Positions 23,814 to 42,614 of a DNA stretch of 64,000 nt are shown piece after piece; position 1 is the stretch's first letter; each line of letters begins with the position of its first letter. The notes beneath the pieces are model-generated. The model was not told the DNA's origin and did not search any database. It saw only the letters and a program-made list of their open reading frames with translations. Position numbers and translations under genes: made by a program. Location: assembly GCF_964204645.1 (NCBI RefSeq), contig NC_134026.1:24772150-24836149 (forward strand), read 5' to 3'. Source of the DNA: Tubulanus polymorphus (lineage: Eukaryota; Animalia; Nemertea).

Positions 23814-25978
23814 CTAGTCTGCTAAGACTTCATAATCGTTATATCTAGCCCATGATTGGATTTCGCCGCTTCCTAGTATTATGTAAGCTGAAGCACCAAA
23901 CAGTCCAATTCCTGAGCATATGTAGAAAAATATTTGCCATTCCACTCTTGATTGCTGAAAATATAAACTGGTGTTATATCTTAAACTCGTGTAGATAATT
24001 ATTTAATAATCCTGATGACGATAAACATCACTTCACACTCACGTGTTTTGTAATGACTCCAGCGGTTGCCGGTCCAATTACACCTGCAACTGATGCAAAT
24101 GTTACCGCGCAACCCACCAACAAACCAGCGTATTTTGGAGCTATATCAACTTCGTTACAAGAAGCTACGCCACAAGGGCCACCCAAACTCGCCATTCCAG
24201 TCAAAAGAGAAAATAAAGCCAAACCGACGTCAGAACAATCGAAAGATCCCAAAATTAACAGCAAAAGGGACGTTAACGCCATACCTAAAACGAAACTTAT
24301 TTCCTTAGTATAAGTATATGCCTTTCATTTGGGTATGGATGAAATATATTGTGTTCTACTTCTCACCAGTTGAAAAATATGTTTTCCGTATGACTGTTAT
24401 CTTATCGGGAAATCGTTTGATCAGAAAATCCGCTGAAATCCCCGAAATTACTAGGACGAGCCACATCATGCCATTGCAAAATGCTGAAAATGCTCCATTC
24501 TATGTATGAAAGATAAATCGTAGGTTATCAAATGATCATTGAGTGATTGAAGAATCAGGTGTTGGTTTACTTTTAGGAGGAACTAAATGTTTTGCTCACC
24601 GTCTTAATATCGAGCTTAAAGACTTCATTGATGTAGGATGGACCTGTCATCAGAAACGTGTTGTTCAACCAAACGAAACAAAATTTTGCTATGTGCAAAC
24701 CCCAAACAGGACGAGACGTGAGTATTCTATACCAAGGAACATCTTCTAAGTTCTACAAGAAACATCTGATACCATTTTAAGTTCGTTAAGATTAAGTGAA
24801 GCGTATCAAATCTTAGCATGGTCTTTGAAAACGTACTAATTTATTCGTTTTTTCTATTTGTCCTGATTGAGAATCCTGAATGTGTTTTTTCTCTCCTGCT
24901 GATATTCGGGGATGTTCTTCCGGTGAATCATAGGCGATAATATACCAGCATACACACCAAACACATGACAATCCACCGAAAGTGTAGAAAATCGACGGCC
25001 ATCCGAAGTATTCACAAAATAATCCAGAGACCAGTAGAGTCGCTACAGATCCAATTTGCACACCTGAATTCAGATCACTCGGTGTATTAGATGACTATTC
25101 CACTTATCATTGGGCCATATAAAACATATGATTACTACCTGCAAATGATATTGTAGTTAGTCTACTTCTTTCTGAAGGTGGGGCCCAGGATGCCCACAAA
25201 GAAAACCCTGCAGGATATGCAACACCCTAAAATAGAAATTTTCATTCCAAACATCTATAAATTCATTACAATGACAAAATCCAAGCTGAAGGAGAGAAAT
25301 TCTGACTTATTCAATTTAACCAAATCACATTACCTGACATAGACCAATGATCACTTGAAGTGCGATGACAAGATAGGGACTAACTGTTGTCGCAATGGGA
25401 ATCAACAATGTAGCAACAGCTGATACTGCAGTAGTGGTTCCGAATATGATGCACCCTCCATACTTAGTGACGATTACTCCAGCCGGCACGGAAGTAATTA
25501 GATAACCCCAATATACCGAGCTAAGTATCAAACCTTGAATTTCTTTCGACCAAATGAGATTTCCTTCCTGATTTTAGATATTGAAATTTGGATATATTCG
25601 TTGAAATGTACTATTCTTCTTTGCGATTGACTTAAAATATTTCCTGTACCTCATAGTTGGATTTATGTTCGAAACTCAAATTTGAAGAACACTTTACATC
25701 TTCGTAATTGAAAGACCAATTGCCCTCTGTAAACTCTTTAACGGCTGTCTGGTTCACCATGCAAACTATCGCTACGCTTATGGTACTTCTTACAGCAGCC
25801 ATAGAAAAAAATCCGAAAGAAGCCACGAATGCCAGAGTCAAACGTAACGAGCCAATCAATTTACCTAGGAGATGATGGACCAAAACCCTCGAATGCTAGA
25901 TATCTCATATCGATTGTTATTCGAAATACGATGTATGTGGTGTATTATATACTTACCATCTTGAGTTTGATAAACCAT
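23814..25978 (-). CDS. SLC17/sialin-like copy 7 (subtype B; shortened C-tail)
   Basis: Closely similar to copy 5 in exons and introns. A TAG at 23814-23816 replaces CAG of copy 5, and TM4 reads LQVIIGLCQ. Confidence 0.8.
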
Positions 25979-26329
25979 GTTTCAATCCACGATATATGAA
26001 CATCGTATAATACATAGGCGACGAAAACACATGACGCAAAGACAAATTAACATATATATTGAATACCAACTAATACGTTTAGAATATTTTTCAGCATGAA
26101 AATTATAACTAGATCATTACCAACCGCGGTAATTATATATAGAAACCACCGCAATAAAATTTGTAATCGGTTCATTTCTATACCTGCCGGGTCTGTTATG
26201 GATAGCCTTTTCATGATTCTAAAAAGTAATGTAAAGGGTGGATGGGCGAGCGACCAGGTCAACTTTGCAAGCTCACCAGGTAGGGGAAACAAGGTATAAG
26301 TTTTTTTATGTAAATTAATCATCAAAATA

Positions 26330-26683
26330 AGTTCCCTGATTTACTATGGTATGAACGAATCCCAATGACACCCATCAGTCCATCAATGTTCAATCAATCA
26401 TTGCCTGTTATAAGCCAGTCATTTTCCACTTGATTCGTCGTTGATGCTCTGGTGTTGCATGCAATGTCGTTAGACTCATCATTCCTCGGTCACGCTTGGA
26501 CTCCGCCGCTTCAAATAGTCTAATTCCAGTATAAATGTAGAAAAATGTCTGCCACTCAGCTTTTGTTTGATGCAAATATTTAAAGAGGAGCACGTTTTTG
26601 ATCTATGATGATTTATTTATTGTCAAATCTTGTATCATACTTCAATCAAACAACAGGGAGTAAACAATTTAGATGAGTTATTT
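26330..26683 (-). pseudogene. Degenerate extra terminal exon plus intron of copy-6 type, downstream of copy 8
   Basis: Matches 20210-20610. It reads QTKAEWQTFFYIYTGIRLF, then has a deletion/frameshift, and the acceptor is changed from CAG to CAT. Confidence 0.75.
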
Positions 26684-29600
26684 TCAATCATTGTCTCTGT
26701 TATAAGCCAGATTTTCATTTTCAACTGCGTTCGTCATTGAATCTCTGGTGTCAAATACGATGTCATCATACTCATCATTCTTCGCCCACTCCTGGACTTC
26801 CCCACTTCCAAAGACTACGTATAACAAAGCACCGAATAGTCCAATTCCAGTACAAATGTAGAAAAATATTTGCCACTCAGCCCTTGTTTGCTGTGAATAT
26901 TTTAAGAAAGATACGTCTATGATCTACAGCAGTCTCTGGTAAACCGGTGCCGGACTTATCCGGTAATTCGTCAATTAGGTAAAAGTAACATAAGATTTCC
27001 ATTTTAATACATATATTTCGCCTAGACCGGCATGACTCTTATCGGTAATCCATCTCGCCCTAGTCCGGTAAAATTTTTACTTCATTTTCATTCATTTACC
27101 GTCTAAACCGGTAAATCGTAACGGCTCTCGGCCAATGATTAAGCACTATCAATCTCAATCTCTGTAGGTGATTCATACTAGGCATGTTACTCGCGTATGG
27201 TATTGCAGAATGCCTACCCTCATTGGCGTAAATCTTGGGAGTAATCACACTGATTTATATCCATCAATTTTATCGCTTAATAAAATCGCTTAACTCGGCA
27301 AAAAATGAAGGTCCCAACTGTACCGTTTTAGGTGCAGCTTCCACTGTACTTATAATGATTTATCTACTTTTCGTCACTGGGAATTAACAACTTACCAGAT
27401 AAGGTATCTTCAACTCACATTTTTAGTTATGATTCCAACGAGAGTTGTTCCAAGTACACCTGCCACTGAAAATAAGGTTGATGCAATACCTATCAATAAA
27501 CCGGCATATTTTGGTGCTATGTCGATTGCGTTAGTATAAGTCACACTGAATGAACATCCTAACATAGCGAGACCAGTGATGAGAAGAATTAACGCCGCGA
27601 CCACATGTGAGCAATCTAAGAATCCTAAAATAAAGATCAGGATGGCGGAAAAAGTCATACCTGAAAATAAACAGTATCCCAGTCAAAGAGTAAGAATTTG
27701 ATCACGATTTACTTAAAAAAAGAATAAACACGTTTTAAGAATAACTCACCAACACAGTAAAAAACTTTCCGTACCCACGTGATCTTTGATGGAAATTTCA
27801 TAATGAGATAATCAGACAAAAACCCGGATAGAATTAGAAATAGCCACATCATAGCCATCGATAATGATGAAAATACTCCATTCTGAAAAAAATATTCAAA
27901 AGCTAAGAATTATCAAAGGGAATCACAGCTTATCCCTTTCTTGAGGTGACACTTACCGTTTTTACGTCGAGTTTAAGGACATCATTTATATAGGATGGCA
28001 CCGACAATAGAAATGTCAAGTTTAACCAACCGATACAAAAGTATCCGATAGTTAAGGCCCACACAGGACCAGACTTGACAACCTCTGACCAAGGAACATC
28101 TCCTAATTTCTACAAGGAATGGTTAGCTCAAGATAATTGTGGAATGTTTTTCACAGCCACCGGTATTGTAGACTTACTAATTCATTCTTCTTTTCCATCT
28201 GTCCGGCTAGAGAATCCTGTATATATTTCTTCTCGGCTGCTGACATTCTGGGATGTTCTTCCGGGGAATCGTAAGCGATAATAAACCAGCATATACAACA
28301 AACACACGATATTCCGCCAAATATGTAGAAAATTGACGGCCATCCCAAATATGCACATAAAATCCCAGAAACCATCTGAGTCACTACGCTTCCCATTTGA
28401 TTACCTGAAACTCAAGATAATCTGATAGAAATTCTTATTTTAACATCATTCTATAATGTGTACGTACCAGCGAAAGAGAAGATAGCCAGTCTAGTTCTCT
28501 CTAGAGGTGGAGCCCATGCCGCCCATAACGCAGCTCCTGTGGGAAAAGCAAAACCCTAAAAAAGGAACATAATTCAAAACGCAAATTTCATCATTATTTC
28601 GCGAGCAATGGCTAGGTTAATTAAATCTGTCTGTAAAATCTACCTGACAAAGACCGATGATAAATCGAAGTACAATGACAAAATAAGGACTAACTGTTGA
28701 CGCAATTGGAATCAGCAATGTGGCAACAGCCGATACTGCAGTAGTAGTTCCGAACACAATACGTCCTCCATACTTTGAAGCGATCATACCCGCCGGTAAA
28801 GAGGTCACTACATTACCCCAATATATCGAACTTAGTATCAAACCTTGCGTTTCTTTCAACCAAATGAAACTTCCTTCCTGAATTAAGAAGAAGTCGTGCA
28901 AACAGCAATTCTAGACAATTTTGTAGGATCGTTCTTACTCAATACAGCCTTTTGGCATAAACCATAGAACTCAAATCAAATTTGATTTGAGTTGTATGCA
29001 TAAACAAATAATAACAATTTGCCAAACTTATCCAAATTTTTTTCTTCTAAGAGTCAGAATTAAGCGTGAGTCAGTCGATTTATAGTTTCGATCTCCCTCT
29101 TGCTTATCATTTCTAGTATTTAGATGCTTTGTTTTCCGACATCTGTGTATTATGTATGTATCAAGATTATTTGTCATATACGAAATATTTCTTTGACTAT
29201 AAAGTTTATTATCATTATTATTACTAAGATACCGAAATCAAACTTAGATTTATATCTTATTATATTTTTTCATCAGATCAGTGAATTCCTGCGTCTTCAC
29301 ATTTTGGAATGAAATGTTTCGTGTTATACAAAAACTGGAACCAAATAAACAAACAAACTTTAGAGGACTGTGTGCTATACATACCTGATAATTGGATTTG
29401 TGACCAAAACTTAAATTTGAGGAGCATTTTACCGTGTCCTCGTCGTACACTATCCAATGTCCTTCCGATAACTGTTTAACCGCAGTATGGTTAACCATAC
29501 AGACTATTGCTATGCTTATAGTAGCTCTTACAGCAGCCATTGAAAAAAATCCAAATGATACCACGAAAGCCAGAGCCAAGCGGGATGATCCGATGCACTT

Positions 29601-29993
29601 ATCTAGTATACAAAATATACATACAACCGTAGATATATTTTCCAAGATCTCGTAGAAATCGTTTCAATTAATTATGACTTCAATTCATCTCTTCGGTTTT
29701 CAATCACCGGTTTTTTATTCGTTAGGAAAATTGAATACGTCACAAGTGTGTTATTGAAAGTTTAGTTATGCCTCGTTCGTGAATTATGATAATATGAAGA
29801 TAAGAATATAATACAAAAAACCCTTTGATTGAAAAACATATTGTGCTTTATAATTAGGCACGTGTCTTTGACTCGGGTCTGATGCGGGCCAGCTTGACCC
29901 GGGCAAATTCGTATCTGTGTGATCGCAGCTATATGTGTTTTGATACCAGGTTTTGAGAAATTTGTACGTACCACTCTCGCCTCGATCAGCCAT
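26684..29993 (-). CDS. SLC17/sialin-like copy 8 (divergent subtype A)
   Basis: MADRGES / MAAVRATISIAIVCM / SSIYWGNVVTSLPAG..RFIIGLCQ / WAPPLERTRL / [11 protein letters not shown] / [16 protein letters not shown]. Confidence 0.85.
26927..27346. mobile_element. Tc1/mariner-type MITE (TA target site) in the last intron of copy 8
   Basis: TA|CAGCAGTCTCTGGTAAACCGGT ... ACCGTTTTAGGTGCAGCTTCCACTG|TA, repeated CCGGTAA sub-terminal motifs, and an empty site in copy 6 (ATGATCTA|TAATGATTT at ~20520). Confidence 0.7.
28963..28998. repeat. 36-bp near-perfect palindrome in an intron of copy 8
   Basis: CATA-G-AACTCAAATCAAA|TTTGATTTGAGTT-G-TATG, with a 26-bp perfect core. Confidence 0.85.
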
Positions 29994-30536
29994 ATCGTTT
30001 AATACTGAATATACCACTTGTGACTTTGCAGTGTTTTCAATTTGATACGTAACAGATTTTCATTTAAATATATATATATATATATATTTATATATACATA
30101 AAGCATTAAGCAGAAGATCCCTAATAATTTTCCATCGTACGTAAATCATGCATATGGCATGGACGTATTAACAAGATTTTCACATCTATATATGAGGCAA
30201 TATTTAGAAATTTCAACATCAGATATTTCGTTTATCCGCTCTTAATCGGACAAACGATTAAACGTAATAATGCTACGTAATTAATTCCAGTAATTCCAGA
30301 ATGTGGGTCGATCCATGTTACTTAAACGTATGTATCCAAATAGGATTGCTCATCATATCATATATTCCGGGCACAGCCGGTTGAGGTTTTTTTCTTCATA
30401 TAATATCAGAATGTCCGAACAATACTTTTCAAGCCGAAAAATGATTTCAGAAATATTATAATTTTTTTCTTACAAAAACATATATTCAGTATATCATACT
30501 GTCAATTTCAGTTCCTAGAATACAACTTCTTTTCAT

Positions 30537-32832
30537 TTAAAGGTCAGTTGAAGCCTCTTGATATCGATCAGCTGCTGGGGATTGCTGAAGATCTATTTCA
30601 CCCACATCTATTTCAACTGGTGTAACAACACTAGTTTTTTCAGTATCTTTAGCGTCATCTAGATCTATATCTTCTCCGACTGGTTCCCCGACTATTGCCC
30701 ACGATTGGATATCACCGCTCCCGATTATCAGGTACAACAAAGCTCCAAACGAACTTACTGCGGCACAAATGTAAAATACAATTTGCCATTCTTCTCGCGT
30801 TTGCTGTAATGTATAAAGCAGTGTATTCGACAGATAATCAAAAACTTATAGGAATAAAGAGATCCTAAATGCTTGTGATACTGACTTTTTTTGTTACTGC
30901 TCCGACAACTGCGGGAGCAAGGAAACCAGAACACGTAGCAAATGTGTTCGTAATACCGAACAGAATTCCAGCGTATCTCGGTGCAATATCCACATGATTA
31001 CATAGAATGACACTGACGGCACAACCTATAGTCGCTACTCCAGCCGTCAGTAAGGACAATGCTAGAATTGGTCGGGTACAATCTATGAAACCTAATGCGA
31101 CTACAAGTGCTGAAGGCAAAACCATTCCTGAAAATGATGAAAGAATCATTACGAACTGGATCCATAAAAAGCTACGGTGCGGATAAGATTCAATATTAAA
31201 AGAGAGTTTCTTACCTACAGAAAACATGATCTTACGCACAGCAGTTGTAGAGAAGATTTTATTTCTGCGTAATACATCTGATACGATTCCCGTTAATGTA
31301 ATGAATATCCACATCATCAAATACATGATTGCTGAGAATAAGCCATTCTGAAATTGTTCAATTCAATGTTTCATTACATCGAAAATTGACAAGATTGATT
31401 TGGTTCACATCATTAAAGTATTTGTATGCCTACTGCTTTGATATCCAGCTTGAGTACATCATTGATGTAGGAGGGAATATTCGTCAGAAAGGTATAGTAA
31501 GTCCACGTCATTGTAAAATGAGCAATTATAAGCGCCCAAACGCGAGGCGATTTAGCTATTTCGCACCAAGGTACCTGTAGTTTCTGTTAAAAAAAGGAAC
31601 ATTATATTCAAAAAACTACACTTTTGTTTTACATTTACAAGTGACTTTAATGTGCTTGATGATCTACCATATGCTTTTGATGAGCCATCTGCCCGGTTAG
31701 AGAATCCTGTATATATTTCTTCTCTGCAGCTGATATTCTGGGATGTTCCTCAGGTGTATCATGTGCATAGATGAGCCAGCATAGACACCAAATCAAACAA
31801 GCACCACCAGAGATGTAGAATATTGAAGGCCAGCCCAAATATTGACACAGTACACCAGACACGCCTAAAGCTGCCACAGTCCCTATCTGCATCCCTTGTG
31901 GAAATAGGACCTATCATCTTGAGAACGGGTATTACGACAATCGTTATTCATTTAATTTCAATTAAGAAAATACTACCTGCATAAGAGCTCGATGTCAACT
32001 TGCTTCTTTCCAAAGGTGGTGACCAAGCTGCCCACATAGTATTGACAGCTGGAAATGCGACGCCCTGTTGAATGATACAATGAGACACGAAATGATGTTT
32101 TTGGCATCTCAAAACTTTGAAATCGAATAAAAGACGAAACTAAGCCCAAGACTAGTTTCCGATTTCCTACCTCTCCAAGACCGATGACAATTCTGATGAA
32201 AATCAGGAAAATTGGACTGATGCCAGAAACAACTGGGCAAATCAGAGTTCCTATGGCGGCTATAATCATGCATGCACAAAATACCATCTTACCACCGCAC
32301 TTCGTGGCAATAACTCCACCAGGAAACTGTGTGACCACGTAACCCCAGAAAAAAGAACTCAACACAAATCCTTGCATTTGTTTGCTCCAAACGAAAGCTC
32401 CTTCCTAGAAAGAAATTTTGGAAACTTAACGATCTATCGTCCCTAGTACAATTAGCTTCTTGTAATTCTTGGACTAGTAAACTTACTCCGTAAACTGCTT
32501 TTGGTCCAAAACTCAAATCAGAAGAGCAATTGAACCCTTCATCGACAGACTCTGTGCCATTGTCAAAAGAAAGAGCTCTCAGAGCTGTTTGGTCAACCAT
32601 ACAAACGATAGCAACACTGATGTTCACTCGCATGGCGTACAAGTTGAAAAAACCGAAAAATACGATGATTGCGAGACCAACTCGTGAAGAGCCTAACCAT
32701 GGTACTGGAAATTGAATTAGAATAACCTAGTTAATTAAACCATAGTGTATATAATCGACATAAAGGTATCTTACCGTCTTTAGGTATCTCACAGCCAGGA
32801 ACCTTTTTGTTGTTGTTTGTTAGTTCCGACAT
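30537..32832 (-). CDS. SLC17/sialin-like copy 9 (canonical type)
   Basis: [19 protein letters not shown]|[49 protein letters not shown]|[47 protein letters not shown]. Confidence 0.9.
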
Positions 32833-34707
32833 TATTTCAACATAGAGGTTATATATATGCGATTGGGTTTTAGCGTTTTTTATCGTTCTTCGTCCAAATG
32901 ACATGTATTCATTCTATCCTTATGGAACAGGTTCGAGGGACTTTGATTATTTACCATTTAACCCGGCTACTTCTTTTCTCTCAGTGACCTCCTTTGGGAG
33001 AGTTCCATTTTAAAAGACGATTACTTTATTTTAACTATCTATGTATAAACGATCATGTATTTTGTCGTAGAATGCATACAGTCATATTTTGGTATTTGAC
33101 GAACTAAGAAGTATGTGGTCCTTATTTCACAGAACATGTTTTTTACGTTTTTGTGTCATTTGTACTCGCGCGTGTTTCAGATATTATGCGTTCTTAGTGA
33201 GAATTTAATCCTTAGGAGTAATGAATGTTACTTCAATGAATCACTTCAATCGCAATATCCGTCATGTAGTTATAAAACGGAAAAAAATAATTGTAAATTG
33301 ACTAAAGGTTTATTGAAATATAGAAATATTTGGTTCGGGTGGGTTCAACTACCACCCTTCATCAGTCAAAAGGGATATGTGAAATAAGGAGTAAAAATAA
33401 AATACGAAATGAATCACTAAAAATAAGAAATGAGTTGATTGTGGGGACTGAAGTTTTATTGCCGACTTGATTTTCAAATATTTTATTAACACAATATGAA
33501 CCCCAGCGTCAATCTACCAAGTTATTTGTTCCGACTGTTATCTTTTTTAACGGGGAAATCATGATGATTGAATTAAATAACATGAGATGTTTTTAATAGA
33601 ATCAAACTTGAAATTTGGGTCGTCAAATTATCTTTCCCAACCACAACCTTTCGGAAGAACAAAGGAAGAACAAAGTCTACTTTTGTTTGTACTCACTGAC
33701 CGCCCTGCCAAACCCCTCATTCTGACCGGCCCACCCAACCAAACCTCTCACTTTGACAGCCCTGCCAAACCTAGCTTTCAGTTCGCAAAATAAACTCATT
33801 TATAGATGTGTCAGTACCCTATCACCGCACTGTGTGTAGTGATGCATTTCTTATCTTACATATTATTTGTTTATTTCACATATCATTTTAGATTGACGAA
33901 TGGGCTATAAACCACACGAAGTATGTCTAAGTAATAGGATTTCTAGTTAATTAACAATTGTTAGGATTTTTCAACATTGAGTTTATTTTGTCAGAAGACT
34001 ATTTAATATACCGTACCATAATTGGATTGATTCGAAAATAATTCGTCCTTTTCGGATCCTCCATCTTGACGTCCATTCTTCATTTTCCAATGCTTTAACT
34101 GATGTATAGCTGGTTACGTAGTTTAGAAGTATAGTATATAAAGTCTAAACGATTGTTACACACCCAAGCTGACGTAGCAAATATTGCATCAGTATTCTTT
34201 GTGACATATTGACAGAAGTGTTGAACATGGTATGTATGTACTTGTTATAAATTATTTTTTGATACTGATTGATCACCGAGTTTGTAGTGAATTTCTTGCG
34301 ATATGAATTTTCGAGAATGTCATCTGCCAAGATGGCTAATGATTGAATATTTCTTTTCCAAAAAGGTAAATTTCATTGTTCTACTTTGGTGAATACGACA
34401 ATTGAACAGCACTTTCAAAATCAGCTCATGCTCTAGTGTATTTAGTTTCAAATTTTTTCATCGTATCAGAATATGATATTCTTTATTCTTTTCTTTGATT
34501 CTTCTATTCAATGATGAACAATCGACCAGGCACCAAAACAAACTTTTCATCAGCCCCAAAAAATAAAGAATAACTGATTTAGCTGCAGATTTATAGATTT
34601 TATTGTAATCAAATTAAAGATTGTATTTTTCATAAATCCATTTTCTTATCATCAATACAAATTACGTGGATTGTGTATTTTTCTATCACACATGACGCAT
34701 GATTATT

Positions 34708-38081
<3,374 letters not shown>

Positions 38082-39234
38082 GTTCTCCTATTTCCCAATG
38101 GGCCAACGTTACTAAACTACGCAATGGAAGTATTCAGTAATAAGGGCCAAATATGTGGTTGGTTGGTGTAAATCCGATGAAGACTTTGAAAGCTCTGTGA
38201 CTATCCATGCCTGAAAACGTAAAGAAGCGTAACATTGGTTGGCGCAGCCTACATAGGACTGAATTCTCTCAAAATCTGCCAGCAAGGACCGCTCGTGGTC
38301 TAACAAAAATACTACCATTTGTTAAGAGAAAATTATTATTACATTCAAACTTGAAAACGATACTATAAACCCTTATCATGAAATGTGATAGTCATCAAAT
38401 TCTGCTATGTAGTAGGGAAGTGATGTCGGCCAGCGCGTATCGGAATGAAAGGTTCGGTCTCAGTGACCATGTCAAAATACGATCATCTCCTTTACTCATC
38501 AAGCTATATATGAATCCGACTCAATCGTGAACTCACCGTCTACGCAATTTTGGATACTCTGAAATGGGACAGTGGATTTCGGAATATTGTAAAGCGACCC
38601 AATCAATTAAATACTGCCGGGGACTCGACTTCATAAAACATTGAAAAAAAAATGTTATTTATCACATACAAAACCTAGATGACAACAAATACATGTAACG
38701 CCGAATTCAAACTAGAAAATTATCTTTACGTCTCTAGTAATTTATAATTGAATATCTAAGTCGCAAATCAATTTCTGAATTCGTCTATGCCTTTAATCGT
38801 CTAGCGTTTGAGTAGAAGATGAAGACAATTTCTTACCTAACTTATACTGGTATACGAAATCTGGCAGATTGAATACAGAAGATTCGCTGTGAACATGATC
38901 CTCAAGTCTCAGTTTATTTAAGTCGCTTTAATTAAGTCGCTTCGCTGTAACATTTATTCTGCCTAATAGTATTTTACAGCAATCGTAATATGTCTTTAAA
39001 TATGCATGAAGTTTTTTATATTCTGTTTTATGTTGTCGTTTATTTCATTATTTCTTATAGAGATGGTGATCTCGATATGCCAATCAAAGGGCAAGGGTTT
39101 TTGCTGAATAAAGATTTGGATTGAATTGAATCCGTCCGATTCGTAGTCCAAATAACATAGATGGCGCTCATCAATTCAATCCATTGAATTAAATTCGTAA
39201 AGGAAGCGTCTATTGTTTGCATGAAAACAAGAAC

Positions 39235-42614
<3,380 letters not shown>

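Noticed and set aside
342-32715. Many short plus-strand ORFs over the SLC17 array (e.g. 18025-18552, 24053-24313)
   Set aside because: Antisense shadows of hydrophobic transporter exons. They recur only because the sense exons are duplicated.
33690-33775. C-rich segment with CCCTGCCAAACC twice
   Set aside because: Only two short copies with no array structure. Not CRISPR-like, and the function is unsupported.
38430-38635. GC-richer segment considered as an ncRNA
   Set aside because: No recognisable RNA family motif. A minus-strand GTGAGT donor at ~38537 suggests an upstream exon of the PX-SH3 gene instead.
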